NCBI GenBank assembly: GCA_964471255.1
Contig: CAYYFB010000005.1
Span: 1 to 26,272, forward strand
Reading direction: 5' to 3'
Length of the DNA: 26,272 bases
From: Candidatus Woesearchaeota archaeon
Lineage (GTDB): Archaea; Nanobdellota; Nanobdellia; CAYMVK01; CAYYFB01
Below are positions 16,912 to 24,783 of this stretch, piece after piece (positions within the stretch are counted from its first letter, which is position 1; each line of letters starts with the position of its first letter). Position numbers and translations under genes: made by a program. The notes under the pieces were generated by a model. It had not been told where the DNA came from. It saw only the letters and a program-made list of their open reading frames with translations, and searched no databases.

Positions 16912-17318
16912 AACTAGGCACCCATATTCAAATATAGTCTCTCATAAATTATTGTTTCCGGACTTTCAAGACCATAGTTCAAGACCATACTAGCATACTT
17001 AATAATATAGAAGCACAAATCCAAGCACATTCTTGGGTAGACGCAAGCCCTTGAGACTATTCCGAGAGGGGATGCGTCTACCTGACCGGAGATGATGTGA
17101 CACTTAGAGCTGAGCATGCTGTCGGCGGCTTTTAAGTGTAGGTGTCGTGTTGTTTATATGCGACATTTGGATACGAGCCGTTATAGCTTAGGAGTTTACC
17201 TGGTTTTAATGTTAAATTAGCGATGGTGTTTATCTTGATAGTTTAAAGGGTTCTAGTCATTTTTGTCCATCATAATTACGCTACCTTCCCTATCTAGTTC
17301 TAGTGGAGGTGGTGTCTG

Positions 17319-18035
17319 GTGAGTGTTGTTGAGGAAAAGGAGGCAAGGACACTTACCAGGAAGAATATTGATAAGCCCCGCCAAGAGTCTTTCGGGCTCG
17401 ATAGAAGGGTGCTAGTTGCTCACCCCGGTGATAGAGTTGGCTTCTCAGTCCGGATTAATGGGCCTCCAAGACATGTTGTGAGTGTGGAGGTTAGAGGTAT
17501 ACCTTCTAGTGTAGCCGAGGTGACAGTAAGCCCTTATAGAGCTGTAGCTCCATATACAGCGGAGATATCATTAGCTGTTAGAGGATATGCTGAGCCTGGT
17601 CTCTATCCCTTCATCGTAGTAATCAATAATATAACTATAGGTCGACCTATTGGAGTAGAGAAACTAGGCCCCCTCATTCTGCCAAGAGAGCTCTCACTAA
17701 GCCAATATGCAAGGCTAAGAAGATTGTACTACCGAGAAAAGCTGGGGGCACAGGGAGTCCTATGGTACCTAATAGCCAGGGTCTATAAGAACGAGGCTAG
17801 CTTTATGGAACTGAAAAGGGTCTACGAGTTTATACGAGGAGGTCCAATAAGGAAAGCTACGATAGCGAAGATACTCAAACAAATGATTAGGAAAGACCTC
17901 ATCAAGAAGGATAAAGACGGAAAATATTACCCGGTAGTGGCTAGAGAGGAGATAGCATTTAGTAGGATAAACCGAAGTAGGGTCAGAATACGTCATACTA
18001 CAGAGAAAACAGTAGGGAAAGCGAAAGAGAGCTAG
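17319..18035 (+). CDS. Hypothetical protein with C-terminal winged-helix-like segment
   Basis: GTG start preceded by GGAGGTGG. 'FMELKRVYEFIRGGPIRKATIAKILKQMIRKDLIKKDKDGKYYPV' looks like a wHTH. A stop-free frame (17981-18301, 89+ codons, no start codon) continues it after a frame change. Confidence 0.55.
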   Translation: MSVVEEKEARTLTRKNIDKPRQESFGLDRRVLVAHPGDRVGFSVRINGPPRHVVSVEVRGIPSSVAEVTVSPYRAVAPYTAEISLAVRGYAEPGLYPFIVVINNITIGRPIGVEKLGPLILPRELSLSQYARLRRLYYREKLGAQGVLWYLIARVYKNEASFMELKRVYEFIRGGPIRKATIAKILKQMIRKDLIKKDKDGKYYPVVAREEIAFSRINRSRVRIRHTTEKTVGKAKES

Positions 18036-18293
18036 AAACACGAGTAGGTAGACACGGGCCATATGAAGCCAGATTAGCTTTCAAAAGAGCGTGGAAGATA
18101 GCTCTGAAGCATAATAGTCTGGTAGCTGCATATTTCTTAGTCTATAGCTTATTAGGTGTTAGAGAAACTGGTATTCTACTCCTATGGCTCAACGCCATGT
18201 TCGTATACTGTGAGCAGAAGACTGGGTTCTGCCATTACTTCTATTCCAGCTACTTCACCAATATTTTCAACTACGGGCTTGAAGCAAGGTATA

Positions 18294-18638
18294 ATGTATA
18301 GAGACACGATAGAGTACCAGAAAGCGATACAGACAGCGAACAAGTATATCAGGAAACACTATAGGAGTCATCAGGTTGCACGCCGACTACATTATAAATT
18401 AAAAGAGGAGAAGTATATAGAATATGATGACGATGTACTCAACCTAGAAATAATACGCTATAATGATGGTGATATAGGCCTTAGAATATGGGACAACAGT
18501 ATGGAGGAGATATTATACGAAGAAAACATAGTAAACAAGACAATAACTAAGACGGAAATCAAGCCAGCTTATCCATTCGAACACGTATATCAGCATAACG
18601 AAGAAACATACCTCTATAAACCAGGAGGCATATACTAG
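18294..18638 (+). CDS. Small hypothetical protein
   Basis: ATG 18294 overlaps the stop (18299-18301) of the preceding open frame (ATGTATAG). The tracked TTG 18156 start lies in sequence that is better explained by the other frame. Confidence 0.45.
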   Translation: MYRDTIEYQKAIQTANKYIRKHYRSHQVARRLHYKLKEEKYIEYDDDVLNLEIIRYNDGDIGLRIWDNSMEEILYEENIVNKTITKTEIKPAYPFEHVYQHNEETYLYKPGGIY

Positions 18639-18715
18639 CCTAGCATTGTTATGTGGATGGCAAGTTAAAAATACAAGCCGGATTATAACTAAATAATTAT
18701 AAGGGGAGAATATAA

Positions 18716-19867
18716 GTGGCAGGTCGGGAATTGATATTGAAGCATAGAATGAATCCCTTGCTGGTTTTATCTAATATTATGAAGGGGGTTTCGAGCAGAG
18801 CCAATAAATTTCTAGATGAATCCTGGACCGTATTTAATAATTATATGACTTATAAATTTTTAAAGAAGAACGAAAATAGAGTAAAGTACGCTGTTCAGAA
18901 AGCCGAGGAGCTTGCTCCGTTATTCGCAAAAGTTATTCAAGAAATTCCAACTGATAGTATGCTTGAAGCCGCTGTGTTGCTTTACTTTATCCTAGAGTAT
19001 GAAGGTATTTCTAAACGATACGAAGACACCTTGGTTAGACCAGCTTTGAGCTTCATTTCAAGATGTATAAGAGACTACAATAGAGGAATAGCAACGCTGG
19101 AATCCTCTCCCGCACTTAGCAGATGCATAGGTCTCTCCTATATCTTCATAGATAAGTTAAGCAGGGAGTATAAAAAAGTGCTTGAGGAATTGCTTAAACG
19201 TTGTGATGAACCAGAGTCCCCAAATGAATATTTCTGCCTATATGCATCGTTTTCAAGCACATTAAAAGCTATTTTAGACAGAGAAGAAAAAGATGAAGTA
19301 CTTTGCAGACGCGTAGCTAATGTATCTAAGTCATTTAGCAGGTATGGTACATTAGAGACTATAACGTTAATGCTCCTAACAACAGGTCTATCGCTACGTA
19401 TTGGTTGTAGGCACGAAGCCATATCACTAAAGCTATTCCAGAAACTTGCTAAGGTACTTGAAACTAATATTAGAACCCTACTCAGAAGAAGCAGAGGCAC
19501 TTGGCAAGCCCTCTCTCTAGCACTAAAACTTAACAAATTAGAAAAACTCGCTTATGTCCCTGAGGGTTATATAGTCCTAAGAGAAAAAATAGCTAGGCGA
19601 ATTGCTAATATTCTCTCAGCGAAAAAGAAAACAACTGAGAACTTACTAGTATATTTATCATTAATTATAGGCGTCAGTTCTCTAGTAACAAGTATTATAG
19701 CGACAGTAATCCAAGGATTACATTATATTAGTATCATGTTTTCTCTAATAGCTAGTTCATTTCTAATACTAGTAGCAACAGTTATATATAGCGAATATAG
19801 GGAGATTCAAAGCCTATTAGATGAACCAGACATTCAAAAGCTCCTAAAGGAAGTAAGCAAAGGCTAG
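18716..19867 (+). CDS. Helical protein with two C-terminal transmembrane helices (candidate membrane effector of the Argonaute locus)
   Basis: 383 aa. GTG start with AAGGGGAG 8 nt upstream. The C-terminus 'LLVYLSLIIGVSSLVTSIIATVIQGLHYISIMFSLIASSFLILVATVIYS' gives 2 TM helices. Its stop is 1 nt before the next gene's start. Confidence 0.65.
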   Translation: MAGRELILKHRMNPLLVLSNIMKGVSSRANKFLDESWTVFNNYMTYKFLKKNENRVKYAVQKAEELAPLFAKVIQEIPTDSMLEAAVLLYFILEYEGISKRYEDTLVRPALSFISRCIRDYNRGIATLESSPALSRCIGLSYIFIDKLSREYKKVLEELLKRCDEPESPNEYFCLYASFSSTLKAILDREEKDEVLCRRVANVSKSFSRYGTLETITLMLLTTGLSLRIGCRHEAISLKLFQKLAKVLETNIRTLLRRSRGTWQALSLALKLNKLEKLAYVPEGYIVLREKIARRIANILSAKKKTTENLLVYLSLIIGVSSLVTSIIATVIQGLHYISIMFSLIASSFLILVATVIYSEYREIQSLLDEPDIQKLLKEVSKG

Positions 19868-19868
19868 G

Positions 19869-20735
19869 GTGAACTCGTTGAAAATAAAGCTACCACTATA
19901 TCAGACTGCGGATGCAGAATTACGTTCTCTAACTTTAAATTATGTCTATTTCCCTATAAAAAATCCCCAAAAATGCCACCGCTCTCTATTTAGCGACCTC
20001 TTATATAATTTATGGTTATCAGGCATAATTTCATATCATCACGAGAATAAATTATATTTTATATTTCAGATACCCTCTAAGAATCTCTTAAATGAATTTA
20101 ATAGACAATTAAACGACTTCATAAAAAACAATATAGACTGTTTTCCTAAGGATTTCGCCGGAAACTCATGGCAGGAAGGAGAAGGTATAGATTTTACCGA
20201 TTTTATTACAGTAACAAATTTATGCCCGGTTGGGTCGCAAAAGAATTTCAACATAACACGTTCTATAGTATATGGGTATTTCCGCAAAATTTATGGATTT
20301 AGAAGGAATGTGAGAGGTAAGGGTACTGTTATATATATTTATAGATTTCCTGAAAATGAAAACACATATATGTATGATGATAAATTTATTCGGCAAGGCA
20401 TTGAAATCCTGTTTGAAATTACTCCGAAAGGAAGAGGAAGAATATGGTTTGATATTGTAACGCATGCTTTTAAAATAGACGAATTAGGAAACACGAAAAG
20501 ACTCTCACACTCCGAAATGAAACAGGAATCAATGAAATTCTATAGAAAATATTTATCATTAGCCCAGATGCGGCCCTGCTTGAGATACAGTAAGTTGCTA
20601 GAGATGCTTAAAGCTTTAGGTATTCAAGATAAAATGGAGTTTAAGTTCTACGTTTGGAGTCCAAGTAAGCAGTTCAAAGAATATAGCATTGTATTCACGA
20701 GCCAATCCCTAGTAAATCTACATAATATATCTTAG
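19869..20735 (+). CDS. Argonaute N-L1-L2/APAZ-like partner protein (candidate)
   Basis: 288 aa, tightly coupled to the upstream gene. The beta-rich sequence resembles the N-terminal half of long pAgos ('IKLPLYQTADAELRSLTLNYVYFPI', 'GIEILFEITPKGRGRIWFDIVTHAFKID'). Its 3' end overlaps the pAgo 3' end by 18 nt. Family assignment is inferred from context and by eye. Confidence 0.5.
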   Translation: MNSLKIKLPLYQTADAELRSLTLNYVYFPIKNPQKCHRSLFSDLLYNLWLSGIISYHHENKLYFIFQIPSKNLLNEFNRQLNDFIKNNIDCFPKDFAGNSWQEGEGIDFTDFITVTNLCPVGSQKNFNITRSIVYGYFRKIYGFRRNVRGKGTVIYIYRFPENENTYMYDDKFIRQGIEILFEITPKGRGRIWFDIVTHAFKIDELGNTKRLSHSEMKQESMKFYRKYLSLAQMRPCLRYSKLLEMLKALGIQDKMEFKFYVWSPSKQFKEYSIVFTSQSLVNLHNIS

Positions 20736-22268
20736 AGCTCTTGGCTCTCTTTGTAGAACAGCTATTAAATCTTTTGCAAAGTTGATACTTTTTTCATCCC
20801 CTCGTCCGTATAATAATGAGAGTATATCAGCAATTCTTTTCGCGTATTTTTCAACAAATGGTCTTTTCGGCCAGGATGTGTAGGCTTCCCAATCGAGTTT
20901 TCCTAGAAGTAATGCTAGCCTACATGTATAGAGGGCTATATCAGTATCTATTTGTGGTTTATCTACTAGCGTTTCTGTCTGAGTATTGTAAAGTATTTCT
21001 AATTCTAATGGCATCGGAGTGGTATTTTGTTTATAAATTCTTTTTTCCTCTTCAACAAATTTATGAAGTTCATAATTAAATTTCTTAGTCTTTATAATAC
21101 CTGTTGATAGCAATAATGCTTTAACTGGTTCATTACCTCCTAGTGAATCCTCATCTATGAGACATGTTCCTCTATATGGCCCGTAGTCATCGGTATCTAG
21201 GTCATATATACGTTTAGTAAACCCGGTTTCTTTTACATGTGCTAGAATCCAAATGTTATCTTTCAATACTTCAGTTAAACCTTTAGTTTCATCTGGGTGA
21301 ATTATAGTTGTCTGAAATATGACATATTTGTTGATGTTCCATGCGCTAAGGGAATTCTTGATATGGGTAAAAATGTTCTTTACAACTCTAGCTGGGATAT
21401 ATAATCCAGTAGTCTTTAGGGATTCTATATCAAGCTCTGATTCTTCAAAAACCTCACTATAGATGTAGCTTCGTATCTCTTTACCTACATAGGCGATTGA
21501 GTATGAAACCCCGGCTAGATAACCAGTATTGCCGAGTTTTGAGACTGCTAGACCTACTACTGCTGTATTTTGAAGCATTATGGCATCCTCATCACTTACA
21601 ACCCACGGAATACCACCTGCCTTCGCATATAGCTGTACATAGTTATTGAGCATATATGCAATAAATCCAGGGCATCTTTCCTTTCTTTTATTCCTTTCCA
21701 TACAGTCCTGAATTATTTCATCTACTTTGTCTAGATTTATTATATGCGTAGGTATCTTGTAATATGTTCCATATGCCTTTATTTGATTATATAGGCTATT
21801 ATCCTCTTGAGGTTTATGTCTCCGGTAATCATGGAGCTTTCTAGCTATCAGCATCACTATGTATCTATTTTGTTGATTATTTTGAGAAGCATTCTTCATA
21901 TAATCTACCATGTAAGCGATGCACCTATCAACATTGTACTCGTACACCGGGATTTCAAAGTCAATGTAGAAGTTATAGCGTCTCCGATACTTATTGGCTA
22001 TCCCTTTAATGCCTTCAAGAAAGTTGTTTCCTCGCCTATCTGCTATGAAAGGCTTTACTCTAATTTGTAATGGTATATTACTCGTATAAAATTTTCTAAC
22101 ACCCCTGAATTCAAGCGGATATAATATCTTATCCCTTCCAATGGATAAGTATGGCTCTTTAACATGATATACCTTAAAACCATGTATATGTTCCTGTCGG
22201 ACCTCCTTTGCACCTTTATGCCCTAACTCGGATATTTCTTTAATTACATCAAGTAGAGACATGCTCAT
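20718..22268 (-). CDS. ago: Short prokaryotic Argonaute (MID-PIWI only), catalytic tetrad degenerate
   Basis: 516 aa. MID-like 'YNQIKAYGTYYKIPTHIINL'. PIWI hallmark 'NNYVQLYAKAGGIPWVV'. 'AVVGLAVSK' sits where active pAgos have G-x-D-V. 'WPKRPFVEKYAKRIA' sits where the C-terminal Y-A-(D/H) motif lies. It is too short to contain N/PAZ domains. Confidence 0.8.
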   Translation of the reverse strand: MSMSLLDVIKEISELGHKGAKEVRQEHIHGFKVYHVKEPYLSIGRDKILYPLEFRGVRKFYTSNIPLQIRVKPFIADRRGNNFLEGIKGIANKYRRRYNFYIDFEIPVYEYNVDRCIAYMVDYMKNASQNNQQNRYIVMLIARKLHDYRRHKPQEDNSLYNQIKAYGTYYKIPTHIINLDKVDEIIQDCMERNKRKERCPGFIAYMLNNYVQLYAKAGGIPWVVSDEDAIMLQNTAVVGLAVSKLGNTGYLAGVSYSIAYVGKEIRSYIYSEVFEESELDIESLKTTGLYIPARVVKNIFTHIKNSLSAWNINKYVIFQTTIIHPDETKGLTEVLKDNIWILAHVKETGFTKRIYDLDTDDYGPYRGTCLIDEDSLGGNEPVKALLLSTGIIKTKKFNYELHKFVEEEKRIYKQNTTPMPLELEILYNTQTETLVDKPQIDTDIALYTCRLALLLGKLDWEAYTSWPKRPFVEKYAKRIADILSLLYGRGDEKSINFAKDLIAVLQREPRALRYIM

Positions 22269-22366
22269 ACTCGTAACCCCCTAAACCCTCATGCCTTATC
22301 ATCTCATCAATGAAGTTCAAGAAAGTAGTGGGTCTTTTTGGAAATTTTAGAAAGCAGGTAGCTGTT

Positions 22367-22504
22367 TCAGCATCCTTCATTAGCGATTCTTTCACTATTT
22401 TCAATAACTTCTCCGTTCTCAGTTACTTCCAAGATTTTCCTCGCTTCACGGGGAACTGTAGTCCTGAAGTACCTACCTATCCTGGTCTTTGCAAGTACTG
22501 GCAT
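22367..22504 (-). CDS. AbrB/SpoVT-like small DNA-binding protein (not in ORF track; 45 aa)
   Basis: Hand translation gives MPVLAKTRIGRYFRTTVPREARKILEVTENGEVIENSERIANEGC. The 'R..TVPREARKIL....GEV' pattern is typical of swapped-hairpin AbrB/VapB-type domains. It lies directly upstream of pAgo on the same strand. Confidence 0.5.
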   Translation of the reverse strand: MPVLAKTRIGRYFRTTVPREARKILEVTENGEVIENSERIANEGC

Positions 22505-22515
22505 ATCTAAACCCT

Positions 22516-22533
22516 CTATAGTGTTCACTATAG
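22516..22533. promoter_or_regulatory. Perfect 8-2-8 palindrome CTATAGTG-TT-CACTATAG (candidate operator)
   Basis: It lies between a TATA-like TTTTATAA (reverse complement of 22552-22559) and the AbrB-like ATG (22504). Confidence 0.5.
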
Positions 22534-23021
22534 TATTCTAGTCGTGATAAGTTATAAAACTTCACATCCACTTACGAGACTAAATGTTTTAAAGCAAGTG
22601 GCTACTAGCGTGTTTATCCACGCCAATCAGGCTTAGAGACAGTATTATGCCGTTCTTGGAACGTAGGCTCCAAATGCTTTTAAGCAATAAGTGCGTTTTC
22701 CTCTTATTTTTGTATCCGTTTATTACTAGGTATGTTTTCATATCTTTTCTAATAGGGATGACGCGGGTCCTCTATTACAAGAACAAGAACTAATTAGAAG
22801 GTACTGTTTTCCTCGCTACTGTTACAGCTCAACCACCCCCCTTTATCAAAACGGAAACAACCTCCGTAAGGGATGTTTTTCCCTATATCAAAACGTACTG
22901 AGACAAAGATAGTCTTTCCCTTCGAGCACTTAGATGAAGAGAATAAAAGTATATCCCTTAAGGCCATCAAGACCTTTTAATTTTTACTAAAATCTAAAAC
23001 TAGATAAGATTAAAGAGTAAC

Positions 23022-23462
23022 TTAACTATTACTTGGCAAAGTCCTATTCCAAGGAGGCAACTCATGATGTTCTTCCTCATATTTTTTCAGAAGCTCCTCT
23101 TCAAGCTGCTTAGGATTAATACTTGTAACCCAGCTTATCTCTATAAGCTCTAGGTACTCTCTATCGAAGATATAGTAGCGAATTCTTTGTGTGGTTTTAC
23201 CGCCTCTTCCTTCTAAATAATTTTCAACAATCCTCTGATAGATGTCGCTAGTTGAACCAATATAAAGTATATCCGACTCCCCCTTCAGTCTGCCAAAAGA
23301 CCTATTTAGTCTTAATACATATACACCCGATTCGGAAGGGGGTGTAATTTCCCCTGAACTAATGTCTCTTAGCCTATACCAGTTCTTAAATCCATACTTA
23401 CATAAAGTATCTGAGTCCATTAAATTCACCTTTATGTTAGTGTATGCTGGTGGCTTAGACAT
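23022..23462 (-). CDS. GIY-YIG domain nuclease
   Basis: 'SGVYVLRLNRS...ILYIGSTSDIYQRIVENY' matches the GIY...YIG motifs with the downstream Arg. ATG 23462 is chosen because it lies 4 nt after the stop of the upstream gene. The tracked start at 23570 overlaps that gene by 104 nt. Confidence 0.75.
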   Translation of the reverse strand: MSKPPAYTNIKVNLMDSDTLCKYGFKNWYRLRDISSGEITPPSESGVYVLRLNRSFGRLKGESDILYIGSTSDIYQRIVENYLEGRGGKTTQRIRYYIFDREYLELIEISWVTSINPKQLEEELLKKYEEEHHELPPWNRTLPSNS

Positions 23463-23466
23463 ATTT

Positions 23467-24783
23467 TTACCTAGATAAGTTATTATAATACATTTTAATG
23501 TTATGTTTAATTGGTTCTGCTCGTTCACGTATAAAGTCATAATATCTGGATACTTCCCATAACGATTCATCTATAGGTATCATGTGCTTTTCTAGAATAC
23601 TCTCCTCGATTTCCCTAAGATATTCTCTTGGCGGTCTATCACCTACTTGTGAATTCTTCGATTTATTAATTATTGTTATATTACCTAAATTATTGGCTAA
23701 GATATTGAATTCCTCTGCTTCTCCAAGCTCTAATTCATCTCTGTGTTCGTCAAGATAGTTGCGAGGAAAGATGTGATGCTTCGAGAAGTCCTTTTGCCAT
23801 TTACGTCTATATATCTTATACCCTGTCCAGTCGTCAGCATTATTTTTAACAAGTAACATGTATAGTAGGAAAAGGAAGAGCTTCCCTACTTTTCGTGTAG
23901 CATCAATTTCTAATCCCTTCATAACATCAGTTTCGCTTATGTATGTTCTTCCATTATACTTTCTTATATTGTTTATTAGTTCATTATATGGAAAAATGTC
24001 TGAATTTCTGACAGCTATTATATCGCTTTCAAGTTTACTATTAGTCTTTGAAGTATAGTATGTTGTGAAATTTACTAAGACAAACCAGTTCTCAATATTT
24101 TTCTTCTCTGTACCGCTTAGAGTATCCAAAGAATTAATTTGTTGTGTATAGAAATACATGGCAAGGGGTACCAGAGTTATCTGGGAAGGTAAAATATCTG
24201 CTGATGATATCTTTAGCTCTTCCTTGAGCATCTTTAGTGTAATTTCTAAACCATTCCTTACCTTATCAAAGTTCTCTACTAATGTTTTCGTAATCTGTGG
24301 CACATATTTTCTTATTAGAGAACGTAGCTTACTAGGTTCTATAGCTTGTGTTTGCTTAATATTAGCTGTCGCCAACGAATATCTTATAATTGGTTGTAAG
24401 TCTAAATCAAAGGTTTCTTCTGCAAAGTCGTATAGAGACATAATATGTTTCTTTGCCTCCCCGCTCACACGGCCAGCTATATATGAGAGTATTAATTCAA
24501 GTGATTTGATTCTGGCACCATATTTATTGACACGAATAAAAGCCTCTACAAGCATGTCAATAACTTTCTCATCGGCTTTAGGCGTGCTAATTTCATATAT
24601 TGGAACCTCGTAATTCTTAATTGCTGTAGCAAGTTTCTCTATTTTACTAAATGCATCACTTGTGAGATTAGATAATAGTTCTTGTAGTGCACTATACTCG
24701 TTATAAACAATGCCTCTTACAATTGTTGGAAACATCCATGCCTCTACGTGTTCCCTTGTAAAATTTATCAGAACTGTAATCAT
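23467..24783 (-). CDS. DUF1524/His-Me-finger nuclease part of a GmrSD-like type IV restriction enzyme
   Basis: 'KHHIFPRNYLDE...NNLGNITIINKSKNSQVGD' matches the C-terminal HNH-like DUF1524 motif. The N-terminal half is a helical linker region. Confidence 0.7.
   Translation of the reverse strand: MITVLINFTREHVEAWMFPTIVRGIVYNEYSALQELLSNLTSDAFSKIEKLATAIKNYEVPIYEISTPKADEKVIDMLVEAFIRVNKYGARIKSLELILSYIAGRVSGEAKKHIMSLYDFAEETFDLDLQPIIRYSLATANIKQTQAIEPSKLRSLIRKYVPQITKTLVENFDKVRNGLEITLKMLKEELKISSADILPSQITLVPLAMYFYTQQINSLDTLSGTEKKNIENWFVLVNFTTYYTSKTNSKLESDIIAVRNSDIFPYNELINNIRKYNGRTYISETDVMKGLEIDATRKVGKLFLFLLYMLLVKNNADDWTGYKIYRRKWQKDFSKHHIFPRNYLDEHRDELELGEAEEFNILANNLGNITIINKSKNSQVGDRPPREYLREIEESILEKHMIPIDESLWEVSRYYDFIRERAEPIKHNIKMYYNNLSR

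Noticed and set aside
16914-17117. 67-aa ORF in the divergent intergenic region.
   Set aside because: It has no upstream signals and spans the tandem repeat and hairpin. The composition is Cys- and Tyr-rich and unconvincing as protein.
22249-22380. 43-codon minus-strand ORF (MKDAETATCFLKF...) overlapping the pAgo start.
   Set aside because: It is too short and motif-free to call as a gene. It is kept only as a possible frame-shifted C-terminus of the AbrB-like protein.
22310-22510. Tracked 66-aa plus-strand ORF upstream of pAgo.
   Set aside because: It is antisense to the AbrB-like mini-ORF, which has a recognisable fold motif and sits in the expected orientation relative to pAgo and the palindrome.
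674-24613. Many tracked ORFs lie antisense to or inside longer genes. They are 674-865, 2948-3199, 3606-3863, 3727-3984, 4487-4681, 4961-5164, 5761-5967, 6340-6582, 6942-7205, 8124-8318 and 9252-9566. Also 10225-10512, 11662-11895, 13701-13964, 15590-15868, 17769-18062, 19138-19536, 20066-20287, 20220-20465, 20816-21079, 21807-22070, 23858-24058 and 24158-24613.
   Set aside because: Each is fully or largely overlapped by a longer ORF with recognisable motifs or better coding character. Their sequences are low-complexity, as expected for shadow frames.
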